A stretch of 63,429 nucleotides of DNA, filler included, from 7 parts of 7 records of this genome joined end to end with filler, not necessarily neighbours in it, one strand, 5' to 3'. Positions 1 through 10,440 are shown, numbered from the whole stretch's first letter. Made by a program: numbers and translations. The notes: generated from the letters alone by a model not told the origin.

Positions 1-1
1 T

Positions 2-877
2 TTTGATATAAATACGCTCGACCCGTTCGAGGCCCTTGTTTGGCAATATGAAATGGGTGTGGACGAGGCAATTGCCGACGAGCCACTTGACCGTTTCAAA
101 GCGTCAGAAAGCCTCAGCCGGAATGCCGCCAACCGTCCCGGCTTTGCCGCGCCTAACCCGCGTGCCGGCCGCAATGGTCCTGCGCCTTCGCCTGCTGCGC
201 GTCCTGCTGCTGCGCCGGCTACTGGGGCTGTGCCGATGCCGTCCGGTGCGGATGGTGGCTTTTTACTATCAGATACCCCACACGAAGCCCGCCAATCGGC
301 CCGCGATGCGGCTGCTGCCGCAACCAGTCTTGCTGAGTTAAAAGACGCAATCGAGAAGTTTGAAGGCTGCGCGCTTAAGAAGTCTGCAAGCAACACCGTC
401 TTTGGCAATGGCAATGTCGAAGCCAGGCTGGTGCTGGTTGGCGAAGCCCCCGGGGCAGAAGAAGACCGCCAAGGGCAGCCTTTTGTCGGGCCAAGTGGAA
501 AGCTTCTGGATGCGATGCTGCGATCCATCGGGCTTTCGCGTGAAGAAGTCTATATCACCAATATATTGCCATGGCGTCCGCCGGGAAATCGGCAGCCAAC
601 AACGGCGGAAATCGCCGTATGTGAGCCGTTCGTGCGCCGTCACCTTGAACTGATCGGCCCCAAGGTCGTTATTTGTCTGGGGGGAAGTTCTGCCAAGGCC
701 CTGATGGAAGAAGACCGTGGGATTACGCGTCTTCGCGGGACGTGGAAGGAAATGGTCTTTGGCGACGGTGCCAAGGCCGATCTGACCGCTATGTTCCATC
801 CGGCTTATTTGCTGCGAACCCCGGAACAAAAACGCCTTGCTTGGCGTGATTTGCGTGCGGTTGCGCAAAAGCTTTAA
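2..877 (+). CDS. Uracil-DNA glycosylase family 4 (5'-partial)
   Basis: Motifs GEAPGAEED, PFVGPSGKLLD, YITN..WRPPGNR, FHPAYLLR; the frame is open from base 2 (FDINTLDPFEALVWQYEMGVDEAI). Confidence 0.92.
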   Translation, partial: FDINTLDPFEALVWQYEMGVDEAIADEPLDRFKASESLSRNAANRPGFAAPNPRAGRNGPAPSPAARPAAAPATGAVPMPSGADGGFLLSDTPHEARQSARDAAAAATSLAELKDAIEKFEGCALKKSASNTVFGNGNVEARLVLVGEAPGAEEDRQGQPFVGPSGKLLDAMLRSIGLSREEVYITNILPWRPPGNRQPTTAEIAVCEPFVRRHLELIGPKVVICLGGSSAKALMEEDRGITRLRGTWKEMVFGDGAKADLTAMFHPAYLLRTPEQKRLAWRDLRAVAQKL

Positions 878-1005
878 CAAATTAGCGATAAATTTGGCGT
901 ACGCATGGGTGATATGCAGTCGTCTGGCAGAGGCAAAGTCAATCATGACAAGTGGTTGATTCCAGATAAATCATTTCGCGGTTTCGGTGCTTGCTGTTAT
1001 AACCA

Positions 1006-2964
1006 ATGTCGTTGCACCGGGGGGAACACCGCAGGCAACGGGTTGCGAGACCAAACTGCTTCGGGATAAACACGCGGCTTATAACCAAAGCCTCGTTGGG
1101 GATACTGATTTTGATCGAAGCAATAAGACCAAGCCTGCCGGGTGTGAGAAACACACTAAGGCAGGGTTTCTTTGTCGTGTTATTTGGCGTCATGGCATTC
1201 ATGGCTGCGCCGTCACTTGCTGTTGCAGACACGCAGGAACAGGCAGCCTTGGGCAATCCTGAGCTGGATGACGCATTATCGATCCTTATTCCCAAACCAC
1301 TTTCTGATCGCGATGCCGAACTGTATGAGCAGATTTTTGCCGTACAGGAACGGGGCCGCTGGGATGATGCCGACCGGCTGATTTCGCGCCTGTCTGATGA
1401 AGTGCTGATGGGCCATGTTCTGGCGCAGCGTTATTTGCATCCGACGGCTTATCGGTCACGCTACAAAGAATTAAAAGACTGGTTGGCAAGCTATGCCGAT
1501 CATCCGCAGGCGTCGCGCATTTACAAACTTGCGCTGACCCGCCGCGGTTCGGCCAACTACCCGAAAAAGCCGGTTGGCAATTACGTTTCGGGTGCGGGCT
1601 ATGACTATGAAAACATCACGCCTTATTACCATAAATCGACCAAAAGCCTGACATCGAAGCAACGTTCGCGTCTGTCGGTGCTAAAGCGTCGTATTCGTCA
1701 ACGTATTGGCGATGGCTGGCCGACCGGTGCGTTGCAGGTTCTTGAAAGCCAGGAAGCCAAACGCCTGTTTGATGCCTATGAACAGGATCAGGCACGCACA
1801 TCGATTGCCTCAGGCTATTATTATTTCGGCAAGCCTGATCTGGCTTTGAGATATGCCGGGGAAGCTGCCAAGCGGTCGGGTAAATACCTGCCGCAAGCCC
1901 ATTGGACGGCCGGATTGACCGCATGGCGTCTGGGCAAAATGGATGTCTCGCATCAGCATTTCGCTGCACTGAGCACCAATAAATATGCCTCAAGCTGGAC
2001 ACGAACCGCAGGGGCGTTCTGGGCCGGGCGTATTGATTTGGCTGCCGGGCGATTTGAAGATGCCGATGCCATGTTGAACCGGGCTGCGGAATATCCGCGC
2101 TCGTTCTATGGTCAGCTTGCGATGCGGGCACTTGGTCGCGATGATGTCTTTGACTGGGATAACCTTGAGCTTGATGAAAATCGCGCGAATAAGTTAAAGC
2201 TTGATCCGCATGGTCGCCGGTCGCTTGCGTTGCTTCAAATTGGTCAGCGTGACGAAGCCGAACGTGAATTGCGCAAAGCTGCGGCAAAGGATGATGATTC
2301 GCTGCGACGTGCTGTTTTGGCTCTGACCGATACCGCAAACTTTGCCTCCCTTACCATGCGTTTGGGCAGCTACATCGCGCAGAAGACCGGTGATGTGTTT
2401 GTGAATGCGCTTTATCCGGTTCCGCCATGGGCACCAGAAGGTGGCTATGAAGTTGACCGCGCCCTGATCTATGCATTCATGCGTCAAGAATCAGGATTTA
2501 ACACCGATGCCCGCAGCCATGCCGGTGCGCGTGGTCTGATGCAATTGATGCCAGCAACCGCAAGCTATATCGGCAATACCCGCTATCGTGGGGCCAAACG
2601 GGCTGAACTGTATGAGCCGGAAATCAACCTGTCGCTTGGACAGAAATATGTTGATCACTTGCTTGAACAGAACGGCGTTGATAACGGGGTTCTACAATTG
2701 ATGGCGGCTTATAATGGCGGCATCGGCAACCTTGGCCGTTGGCAGAAGGCGCTGAAAGATAACGTCGATCCGCTTTACTTCATTGAAAGCATCCCGTCGC
2801 GTGAAACCCGTTTGTTCATCGAACGTGTGATGGCCAATCTTTGGATGTATAGGTCCCGTTTCGGGCAGGAAGCACCGTCGCTTGATCTCTTGGCGGCAGG
2901 ACAATGGCCAACATATCAGCCACAGGATCAGAATAGTGAACGTGGCCTGACCGCGCAGCGTTAA
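1006..2964 (+). CDS. Soluble lytic transglycosylase (Slt family); true start may be further downstream
   Basis: Catalytic RQESGF, GARGLMQLMPATA and AAYNGG motifs; helical N-terminal region; signal-like segment. Confidence 0.9.
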   Translation: MSLHRGEHRRQRVARPNCFGINTRLITKASLGILILIEAIRPSLPGVRNTLRQGFFVVLFGVMAFMAAPSLAVADTQEQAALGNPELDDALSILIPKPLSDRDAELYEQIFAVQERGRWDDADRLISRLSDEVLMGHVLAQRYLHPTAYRSRYKELKDWLASYADHPQASRIYKLALTRRGSANYPKKPVGNYVSGAGYDYENITPYYHKSTKSLTSKQRSRLSVLKRRIRQRIGDGWPTGALQVLESQEAKRLFDAYEQDQARTSIASGYYYFGKPDLALRYAGEAAKRSGKYLPQAHWTAGLTAWRLGKMDVSHQHFAALSTNKYASSWTRTAGAFWAGRIDLAAGRFEDADAMLNRAAEYPRSFYGQLAMRALGRDDVFDWDNLELDENRANKLKLDPHGRRSLALLQIGQRDEAERELRKAAAKDDDSLRRAVLALTDTANFASLTMRLGSYIAQKTGDVFVNALYPVPPWAPEGGYEVDRALIYAFMRQESGFNTDARSHAGARGLMQLMPATASYIGNTRYRGAKRAELYEPEINLSLGQKYVDHLLEQNGVDNGVLQLMAAYNGGIGNLGRWQKALKDNVDPLYFIESIPSRETRLFIERVMANLWMYRSRFGQEAPSLDLLAAGQWPTYQPQDQNSERGLTAQR

Positions 2965-2981
2965 GTCCAAGCATCTGATAC

Positions 2982-3260
2982 ATGACAGGCAAAGACGCCG
3001 AAAAATCCCGATCCAAACCCCATCAGGTGCAGGACCGAAATCCGGATCAGGGAACGGTTCTGGATCGGATCAAAATGCCGCCAATGAGCGGCGAAGAAGC
3101 TTTGCGCCGGTTTGCAGAAGATCAATCAGGGGACAACGCCACACAACAGCAAAGTGATCTGGCCCAGCTTCATCCAATCATGAAGCTGATTGCACTGGGC
3201 GGGACATTGTTGATGGTTGTCACCGGGCTTCTGGGTATTTTGTATCTGTTCGCCGCCTGA
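2982..3260 (+). CDS. Small hypothetical protein with C-terminal transmembrane helix
   Basis: 92-aa ORF fitting the gap after slt; hydrophobic C-terminus. Confidence 0.6.
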   Translation: MTGKDAEKSRSKPHQVQDRNPDQGTVLDRIKMPPMSGEEALRRFAEDQSGDNATQQQSDLAQLHPIMKLIALGGTLLMVVTGLLGILYLFAA

Positions 3261-3274
3261 TGTGACGTTTGACC

Positions 3275-3991
3275 TTATTGCGCGTCGGTAAGCGCGTCTG
3301 TTTTAGCTTGCAAGGACTGGATTTCAGTTGCGGTGGCATTGCCCAGCGGATCATCCTTGGGCAGGTCACGATAAAGATCCCGTAACACCCGAAGCGCTTG
3401 CTGCGGTTTGTCATTTTGCTTTAGCATCATGCCATAATAGTAACGCGCAAGAAGATGGTTGGGCATTTGGCCCAGGGCATGCAAAACCAGATCGCGCGAT
3501 GTGCTGTCAATCTGACCGTTCTGTGCGGTGATACGGGTATCGGCATATTCAATCGCCAGAAGCGGATTATGCCCCGAAAGTGCATAGCCCTGCGCAAAGG
3601 CTGCAACCGCGCGCTCGATATTTCCCAGACGCAAAGACCCACGTGCAAGGGCAATCCACCCTTGTAGGTTACGGGGACTAACTTCAAGCGAGAGAACAAT
3701 TTGATCCAGCAGGCGTCGGATCTGTTGATCTGTTTTGTAATTCGGATCGGTTACATTGCCTGCCACGGCAGCGGCGGCGGCAAGATTGCGTTCACCGGCG
3801 CGATCGGCATATGGCTGGGCGGGAAGGGTCGGATTGCCAATCAATATATAAATGCCAAGGGCCGCGACAACAGGCGCTGTCGCAAACGCCAGTCTGCGGA
3901 CTGAAAACGTTTGATCGTTGCTTTTCGGCAAGCTCGCATACAGGACAGATGAGGCCAGCACAGCCAGAACAGACAAACCAATCCAAATCAC
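3275..3991 (-). CDS. ccmI: Cytochrome c maturation TPR protein CcmI/CycH (short form)
   Basis: Two TM helices, YILIGNPTLPAQP, TPR segment GWIALAR; last gene of ccm operon; GGAGG before GTG. Confidence 0.8.
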   Translation of the reverse strand: MIWIGLSVLAVLASSVLYASLPKSNDQTFSVRRLAFATAPVVAALGIYILIGNPTLPAQPYADRAGERNLAAAAAVAGNVTDPNYKTDQQIRRLLDQIVLSLEVSPRNLQGWIALARGSLRLGNIERAVAAFAQGYALSGHNPLLAIEYADTRITAQNGQIDSTSRDLVLHALGQMPNHLLARYYYGMMLKQNDKPQQALRVLRDLYRDLPKDDPLGNATATEIQSLQAKTDALTDAQ

Positions 3992-4037
3992 CGGAAACCT
4001 CCGATGGATTGTTTATATGTTGGGGCCAGGTAATTCA

Positions 4038-4538
4038 TCAGGACTTGCCGTCTTCTTTTGACGTGCCAAGGATTTCGTCCAGACGGTCCTGTTCGTCACG
4101 CGACAGGGATGCTGTCGTCCCACTCGCTTCGCGGTGTTTGCGGCGATAGAATGCAAAGACCGCCAGTAAAGCCAGAATAGTCAGAACGGCCGGGCTGGCC
4201 CACAGGATATAGGTTTCTGGTTTCAGCGGCGGGTTTAGCAATACATAGTCGCCATAGCGTGCGACGATATAGTCAATGACCTCTTCATTTTCATCCCCTG
4301 CGATCAGGCGTTCGCGGACAAGGATGCGAAGATCGCGGGCAAGTTCGGCATCCGAATCATCAATGGACTGGTTTTGACAGACCAGACAGCGCAGTTCCTG
4401 ACTGATGTCACGGGCACGCTGTTCAAGAACGGGGTTGGTCAGCATTTCATCGGGATTAACTGCCCAAGCGGGTGTCGTTGCCAAAACCGGCAGCAATAAC
4501 CCAAGTCCGGCAATCAATATCAACAGACGTTTGGTCAT
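4038..4538 (-). CDS. ccmH: Cytochrome c biogenesis protein CcmH/CycL
   Basis: LRCLVCQNQSIDDS and RYGDYVL motifs. Confidence 0.95.
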   Translation of the reverse strand: MTKRLLILIAGLGLLLPVLATTPAWAVNPDEMLTNPVLEQRARDISQELRCLVCQNQSIDDSDAELARDLRILVRERLIAGDENEEVIDYIVARYGDYVLLNPPLKPETYILWASPAVLTILALLAVFAFYRRKHREASGTTASLSRDEQDRLDEILGTSKEDGKS

Positions 4539-5071
4539 CCTTTTAACTCCGCGATTTTGGGCAGGAGAACTTTTTCAAGTACATCTGCTGTTACCGGACC
4601 AACATGTTTGTATTTGATCTTCCCATTGCCATCAATGATGAAGGTTTCAGGTACACCATACACGCCAAAATCAATCCCGGTGCGTCCCGACAGGTCCATG
4701 CCTACCGCTTTATAAGGATCGCCCAACTCCGCCAGCCATTTTGCCCCGTCCTGCGGGTCTTTTTCCTTATAGTTCAGGCCAAAGACAGAAACCCCAGCTT
4801 CTTGGGACAGGCGTTTGATCAATGGGTGTTCTGCCCGGCATGGAATACACCAGCTGGCAAAAACATTCAGAACAGATACCTCACCCTTGATCAGATCAGC
4901 GCGCGACAAACCATTTTCGCGACCGGGTAGGGGCGGCAATGAGAAATCAGGGGCCGGTTTGTCGATCAGAACCGACGGGACGACAGATGCATCCTTGTCG
5001 ATATTAAGCAAAAACACCCCGGCAAGGGCCGCAAACAGAACCAGTGGGATCACAGCAAGCGAAAATCTCAT
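4535..5071 (-). CDS. ccmG: Thiol:disulfide interchange protein CcmG/DsbE
   Basis: ASWCIPC, GVYGVPETF; ATGA overlaps with neighbours. Confidence 0.95.
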   Translation of the reverse strand: MRFSLAVIPLVLFAALAGVFLLNIDKDASVVPSVLIDKPAPDFSLPPLPGRENGLSRADLIKGEVSVLNVFASWCIPCRAEHPLIKRLSQEAGVSVFGLNYKEKDPQDGAKWLAELGDPYKAVGMDLSGRTGIDFGVYGVPETFIIDGNGKIKYKHVGPVTADVLEKVLLPKIAELKG

Positions 5072-7155
5072 GAAGTGGAAACTCCAGTCTTCTGAAGGCG
5101 CAGGAATATGCGTGTGAGGATGCTAATGCTGCCACCGATCAACATCAAAATCATCCCGGTCCAAACCCATGGCATCATCGGCAGGAAACGGACCGAAACA
5201 ATCCGCCCGCCATCATCGGCACGATCCCCGACCGAGACGTGTAAATCCCCATCGCGCCCATGCCAGATGCCCGCTTCGCGTGTTTCAACACCGCGGATCG
5301 GGTAATAGCGGATTTCTGGGAAAAGTTCCGTAACCGGCAGAGAATTGCGATACAGGATAAAAGTAGCCTGACGTGTGGCGTAGTTTTCACCGGCAAGAAG
5401 GGAAACGCCTTCATATTGCAGATTATAGGGACCAGCCTGAATGCTTTGCCCGGCACGGGCGGAAACGACAACTTGTTCTTCCCAGAGACTACTGGCCGCA
5501 CCCCCGGCAATCACAACTGCCAAACCGATATGGGCCAAGGTCATGCTGATATAGCGTGGACCAAGCAGTTGAAGGTTGCGGTACTTGCTTTCACCATGGT
5601 CGGGTTGGTGCCAAAGCCGGGCCCAAAGATCACTGAGCGATGCGGTCAAAATCCAGCCCGCCAGCCCGATACCAATCAGCGGTGCAGGGGGCAATTCGAT
5701 AAATCGGATGGAGACAAACAGAACAATGATCAGGGACAGGATGGCGGCCAGCTTCATCCGACCGCCGATCAGCCACAATTCATCCTGACGCCAGCGCACG
5801 GTTGGTGCAAATCCCATCAGGAACAGCATGGGTACAACTATGGGTACAAGGACCTCGACGTAAAACGGGGCACCTACCGTAATGTTTTCACCGCTGACCC
5901 AGCGCAGAACCAGCGGATAGATTGTCCCGATCAAAACAACAGCAGCAATAAGCGACAATATGACACTGTTTAAGAACATGCCGCTTTCACGCGAGACAAG
6001 CCCGAATGTCCGGGTTTCTGTCATTTGCTCTGTACGTCGCCAGAACAGGTAATAGGCCCCGGCAAACAAGACACAAAAGCCAAGCAAAAGGGCGATGCTG
6101 TTGCTGCTTTGTACAAGCGTTTCAGCCGGGGGCCCGAAAAGATCAGAACGCGTCAGATACACACCAAACCAACCAAGTGCCAGTGCCGATATACCAAGAA
6201 ACGCGGTCCAGAATTTAAGGGTTTCTGTTTTCTCAAGAACGGCCCGGCAATGGATGAGTGCGGTTGCGATCAACCATGGCAACAGCAGGCTGTTTTCTGC
6301 TGTGTCCCAATACCACCAATTGCCCCATGCTTGCTGGCTATAGGACCGATAGGCGTTGATTGCGATGGCGGCACTGAGCGCAAGCCAGGATGAAATTGTC
6401 CAAAAGCGCATGGTCTCTGCGGTGCGCCGATCAAGCTTGCCACCGATCAAGCCAGACAGTGTAAGGGCATAAATAACCCCAAGCCCGGCGAGGCCGAGAT
6501 ACAGGAACGGTTCGCGCAGCACGCGTAAAACGTCCTGACTTTGCGGGTTCATGCCACGGCCATCAAGTGGCGCTACAGCCATGCGCGCAAATGGATCGGC
6601 ATCGATTAATGTCGCAATGCCAAGAACCGCGATGACAAGGCCAAGGATGGATAGCGCGGTATGGGCAAGCTGTTCATCGGCCTGAACGGCCGGGATCTGT
6701 TTTGATTGGCGCAAAAGTTGAACGGCCAGTGCCCCATTGGCTAAGGAAACCGCCAACAACCACAAAAGCATCGCCCCACCATTCGGGGTAAAGGCGGCAC
6801 CGATCCGGAACAAAAGCGGGGTCGAAGAATGGCTGACATCGGCAACAATCGGCAGACTGAAGTCGCTGACGATAAAGGTATGTAAAAGGGCGGCCTCGGC
6901 AACAATACCCAAAACAAGGATCCCGATTGGCAGGATCAGGAAGTAAGCCGGTTGTGGGGTAAAATCGATTGCAGAAGATGTTAGAGAAGCGGTGCCATCA
7001 CTGTTCAGGTTGGGTGCATTCGCCAAAGATACAGACGTGCTTTGCATAGACGCGCGTAAAGCTGAACGCAGCCAAAGCGGGCTAAACAGTACGGCTTGAC
7101 CAAGGCCTGTCACCACAATCAGGAGCAGGGCAAAATGTCCGAACTCTGCAAGCAT
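5068..7155 (-). CDS. ccmF: Heme lyase CcmF-family protein, divergent
   Basis: WGNWWYWDTAENS (WWD-like), TALIH, LAHIG, C-terminal PEIRYY; operon position. Confidence 0.88.
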   Translation of the reverse strand: MLAEFGHFALLLIVVTGLGQAVLFSPLWLRSALRASMQSTSVSLANAPNLNSDGTASLTSSAIDFTPQPAYFLILPIGILVLGIVAEAALLHTFIVSDFSLPIVADVSHSSTPLLFRIGAAFTPNGGAMLLWLLAVSLANGALAVQLLRQSKQIPAVQADEQLAHTALSILGLVIAVLGIATLIDADPFARMAVAPLDGRGMNPQSQDVLRVLREPFLYLGLAGLGVIYALTLSGLIGGKLDRRTAETMRFWTISSWLALSAAIAINAYRSYSQQAWGNWWYWDTAENSLLLPWLIATALIHCRAVLEKTETLKFWTAFLGISALALGWFGVYLTRSDLFGPPAETLVQSSNSIALLLGFCVLFAGAYYLFWRRTEQMTETRTFGLVSRESGMFLNSVILSLIAAVVLIGTIYPLVLRWVSGENITVGAPFYVEVLVPIVVPMLFLMGFAPTVRWRQDELWLIGGRMKLAAILSLIIVLFVSIRFIELPPAPLIGIGLAGWILTASLSDLWARLWHQPDHGESKYRNLQLLGPRYISMTLAHIGLAVVIAGGAASSLWEEQVVVSARAGQSIQAGPYNLQYEGVSLLAGENYATRQATFILYRNSLPVTELFPEIRYYPIRGVETREAGIWHGRDGDLHVSVGDRADDGGRIVSVRFLPMMPWVWTGMILMLIGGSISILTRIFLRLQKTGVSTS

Positions 7156-7286
7156 CTCCGTCTAAGGCTTCCCCAATTTGTTCCCCGGCGACCTCATGGA
7201 CCTGCTGGATTTTACCATCACAGAAATAAGGTCGCAGCCGTGTTTTCTTGCGCGTATGGCCGGACTTTATCGCGGCAGAATGTGGC

Positions 7287-7775
7287 TTAATTGCGCATTT
7301 GTTCGGCGTTTTTTGCTTCGATTTCTTCCCAGTAGCCACTTTTCTTCAAGGATTCGGCGACTTCTGGCGGCATGTAGTTTTCATCGTGTTTGGCAAGAAC
7401 TTCTGACGCAACAAAGGTCCCATCGTTACTCATATGGCCTTCTGCGACAACCCCCTGACCTTCGCGAAACAGATCAGGCAAGATACCCCGGAACGACACA
7501 GGAACCGATTGCGCCATGTCGGTCACGACAAAGGCAATGGTTTGACCATCCGCCATCTTTGCAACCGATCCTTCAACGACAAGCCCGCCAATCCGCAAAC
7601 GTTGGTCCGGGTCTATGGGGGATTTTTCAACGATCTCTGTCGGGCTGAAAAAGAAGACAACGGAATCTTCAAACGCCGTCAGAAGCAGGGCCGCAGCACC
7701 GGCAACGGCCAAAAGAACAGCCCCGATCATATACATGCGTTGACGTTTACGGGCTTTTGCGCGGGAAAGTGACAC
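7287..7775 (-). CDS. ccmE: Heme chaperone CcmE
   Basis: LPDLFREGQGVV and LAKHDENY; GTG start inferred after GGAG. Confidence 0.95.
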   Translation of the reverse strand: MSLSRAKARKRQRMYMIGAVLLAVAGAAALLLTAFEDSVVFFFSPTEIVEKSPIDPDQRLRIGGLVVEGSVAKMADGQTIAFVVTDMAQSVPVSFRGILPDLFREGQGVVAEGHMSNDGTFVASEVLAKHDENYMPPEVAESLKKSGYWEEIEAKNAEQMRN

Positions 7776-7788
7776 AGTGCGTCTCCGA

Positions 7789-7986
7789 TCAGGGGGCCTT
7801 ATCGGCTTTTTTGTTTTTACGTGGGCGGTGTGATTGCAAAACGGCTTCAAGCTGTTCACGTTCAAGCCGACTGGCGCGCAATCCGCGCAGCGTTGCAATC
7901 AGGAGTGCGATCATCGCAATCGCTGTGATCCCATAACTTCCCCAGATATAGCTGCCATAGCCCCCCATTGAGAAGAACTCACTCAT
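7789..7986 (-). CDS. ccmD: Heme exporter protein CcmD
   Basis: MGGYGSYIWGSYG followed by a TM helix and basic tail. Confidence 0.9.
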   Translation of the reverse strand: MSEFFSMGGYGSYIWGSYGITAIAMIALLIATLRGLRASRLEREQLEAVLQSHRPRKNKKADKAP

Positions 7987-8771
7987 TGGTTGGTCTCCGC
8001 ATTGTGACCCGTGTCATAGTTTGGATCATGCTTGCCAGCCTGATCATGGCCTTGATCAAACATGCCTGACAGCTGCAAGGCACGGATACGCCGTTCATTT
8101 AGCTCCAACCGTACCCGCAAGATTAAAACAACAAAATAATAGCCGGTAAATCCAAGGATCATAAGGGCTAGCGGCAACTGCATGCTGGGATCAACCGTTG
8201 GTCCGTCCATGCGGACAATTGATGCGGGCTGATGCAGTGTATTCCACCAATCGACCGAGAATTTGACAATCGGCACATTGACCGCCCCGATCAGGCCCAG
8301 TGCCGATCCGGCCTTTGATCCGCGTTCTGGATCATCAAAAGCATTCACAAGCGCAATATAGCCAAGATACAGGAACAACAAAATCAGCATCGATGTCAGG
8401 CGGGCATCCCATACCCACCAGGTCCCCCACATCGGAGCCCCCCACAGCGATCCGGTAATCAAGCAAAGTGCGGTAAAGGTCGCGCCAATCGGTGCAGTGG
8501 CACGCGCGCAGATATCGGCAAGGGGATGTTTCCAGATCAAACTCATTGCACCGCAAATTGCCATGCCGACATAGCAAAACAACCCCATCCAGGCGGCTGG
8601 AACATGCAAATACATGATCCGCACTGTATCGCCCTGTTGATAGTCAACCGGGGATGCAAACAATGCGAAGTAAAGGCCCGTCACGATCAGAATGGCGGTT
8701 ACCCCCGCCAGCCACGGCAGGATCGGGTCGGTAAACTTCAAAAACACACTTGGTTTGGCAAAGCGATGCAT
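7983..8771 (-). CDS. ccmC: Heme ABC transporter permease CcmC
   Basis: YLHVPAAW, WGTWWVWDARLT, NTLHQP; ATG at 8771. Confidence 0.95.
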   Translation of the reverse strand: MHRFAKPSVFLKFTDPILPWLAGVTAILIVTGLYFALFASPVDYQQGDTVRIMYLHVPAAWMGLFCYVGMAICGAMSLIWKHPLADICARATAPIGATFTALCLITGSLWGAPMWGTWWVWDARLTSMLILLFLYLGYIALVNAFDDPERGSKAGSALGLIGAVNVPIVKFSVDWWNTLHQPASIVRMDGPTVDPSMQLPLALMILGFTGYYFVVLILRVRLELNERRIRALQLSGMFDQGHDQAGKHDPNYDTGHNAETNQ

Positions 8772-8826
8772 ATTCTCTCGTCCGTAGTGCGGTGAACCGC
8801 AGTGGGGCGTCCTGTTTAGTGTTCTG

Positions 8827-9492
8827 TTATTCGATTGCCAGTCGCACCGCATGGGCGGTTGCAAACGGCGTGGCAGCCAATGTCAGTAAAAGGATCGCCC
8901 CCATTATTTGCAGATGTGGCGTTGCCGACATTCCAAGCAGGGCTGCTTCAACGGCACCTGCCCCGAATATCAGAATGGGAATATAAAGCGGCAAGACCAG
9001 AAGCGATACCAATACACCGCCACGACGTGCGCCTAAAATCAAGGCAGCCCCGATCGCACCAATCAAACTAAGGGCCGGGGTGCCCAGTAACATGGCGATC
9101 ATTAAGGTCACAAAGCCGCTTTGATCCATATTCAGCATCACCGCCATCAAGGGGGCGGCGATGATTAACGGAAGGCCGGTGGTAAGCCAGTGTGCAAGAA
9201 CCTTGCCCAGTACCAGCATTTCCATGGATACCGGCGACAGTGCCAGAAGTTCAAGCGTACCGTCTTCATAATCGGTTTGAAACATCCGCTCAAGCGAGAG
9301 CATGGCGGCAAGCAATGCAGAAACCCAAATCACGCCCGAGGCAATTCGGGCCAGAATGTTGGCTTCGGGTCCGACACCAAAAGGAAACAAGGTGGTCGTG
9401 ACAATAAAGAACGCCACCACCATCACGGAATCCGCCCCCTGACGCAGGGCAAGGCGCAAGTCACGTTGCAAAATCGCCACAAAGCCGTTCAT
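8827..9492 (-). CDS. ccmB: Heme exporter protein CcmB
   Basis: DYEDGTLE, KVLAHW, LPLYIPILIFG; ATG at 9492 overlaps the ccmA stop. Confidence 0.95.
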   Translation of the reverse strand: MNGFVAILQRDLRLALRQGADSVMVVAFFIVTTTLFPFGVGPEANILARIASGVIWVSALLAAMLSLERMFQTDYEDGTLELLALSPVSMEMLVLGKVLAHWLTTGLPLIIAAPLMAVMLNMDQSGFVTLMIAMLLGTPALSLIGAIGAALILGARRGGVLVSLLVLPLYIPILIFGAGAVEAALLGMSATPHLQIMGAILLLTLAATPFATAHAVRLAIE

Positions 9493-10202
9493 TGCGCGGC
9501 CTCCTTTGCGGAGATGGCGTGGTGGCTGCGTTCGTCTTCCCCCTGATCCGAATGTTCGGCCAGCCATTCGACCATCGGGATGGCAAAGTCATCAAGATCA
9601 AGAATGGCGGGGGCATCGATATCAAGATCAATATGGGTCGAATAAACCACGATGCCGCCGGTCGCACGGAAATCTGCAATCAGACGGGAAAGTTCGGCAC
9701 AGCTTTCACGATCAAGGCCAACAGTTGGTTCATCAAGCAACCAAAGATCGCTTTTGCCGATCAGAATGCGGGCAAGGGCGGTGCGGCGTTTTTGGCCACT
9801 TGAAAGATATCGACCAGTGATCCGTGCAAGATGATGGATATCAAGTGCGTGGAGGGCGGCATCTATTTCAGCATCAAGGTCGGAAACACCGCGCAATTGA
9901 CCCCAAAGGCGCAAATTGTCACGGACTGATAAAACCGGCTTGATCGCATCTTGATGGCCAAGATATTGCAAACGGGCATAATGGGCGATCTTGTCATCGG
10001 CAATGTTTTCGCCGTCCCAGTCGATGGCGCCAGATCGGGGGGGCAATAACCCTGCCATGACGCGCAGCAGGCTTGATTTACCCGCACCGTTGCGTCCGCG
10101 CAACATGATGGCATCCCCGGACCTGGCAGCAAAAGAAAGGCCGCCAAATACCAGTCGCTCGCCGCGCAGGCAGGTCAAATCAGAACCCTTAAAGTCTGCC
10201 AT
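9489..10202 (-). CDS. ccmA: Heme ABC exporter ATP-binding protein CcmA
   Basis: Walker A GRNGAGKS, LSSGQKRR, WLLDEP. Confidence 0.95.
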   Translation of the reverse strand: MADFKGSDLTCLRGERLVFGGLSFAARSGDAIMLRGRNGAGKSSLLRVMAGLLPPRSGAIDWDGENIADDKIAHYARLQYLGHQDAIKPVLSVRDNLRLWGQLRGVSDLDAEIDAALHALDIHHLARITGRYLSSGQKRRTALARILIGKSDLWLLDEPTVGLDRESCAELSRLIADFRATGGIVVYSTHIDLDIDAPAILDLDDFAIPMVEWLAEHSDQGEDERSHHAISAKEAAQ

Positions 10203-10440
10203 GTAACCCGTTCAATTGCCTTAAACCCAGTCTCGATCTCAGTCGCGTTCAGGTCATTCTATAACGTGTTATGGTTTATTATTCATGCTTTAACCGACAT
10301 TGATGGCGTTGACTTTGTTTCAAATCAATCCAGACAATGCCGATGACGGCGCAATGGGCTCATTCTTATCTGTTGTATAGGGTCTGGCTGGCGCGTGACA
10401 GACCACTCAGATGTCATAAGTGCAGATTGAATGGGATGGG

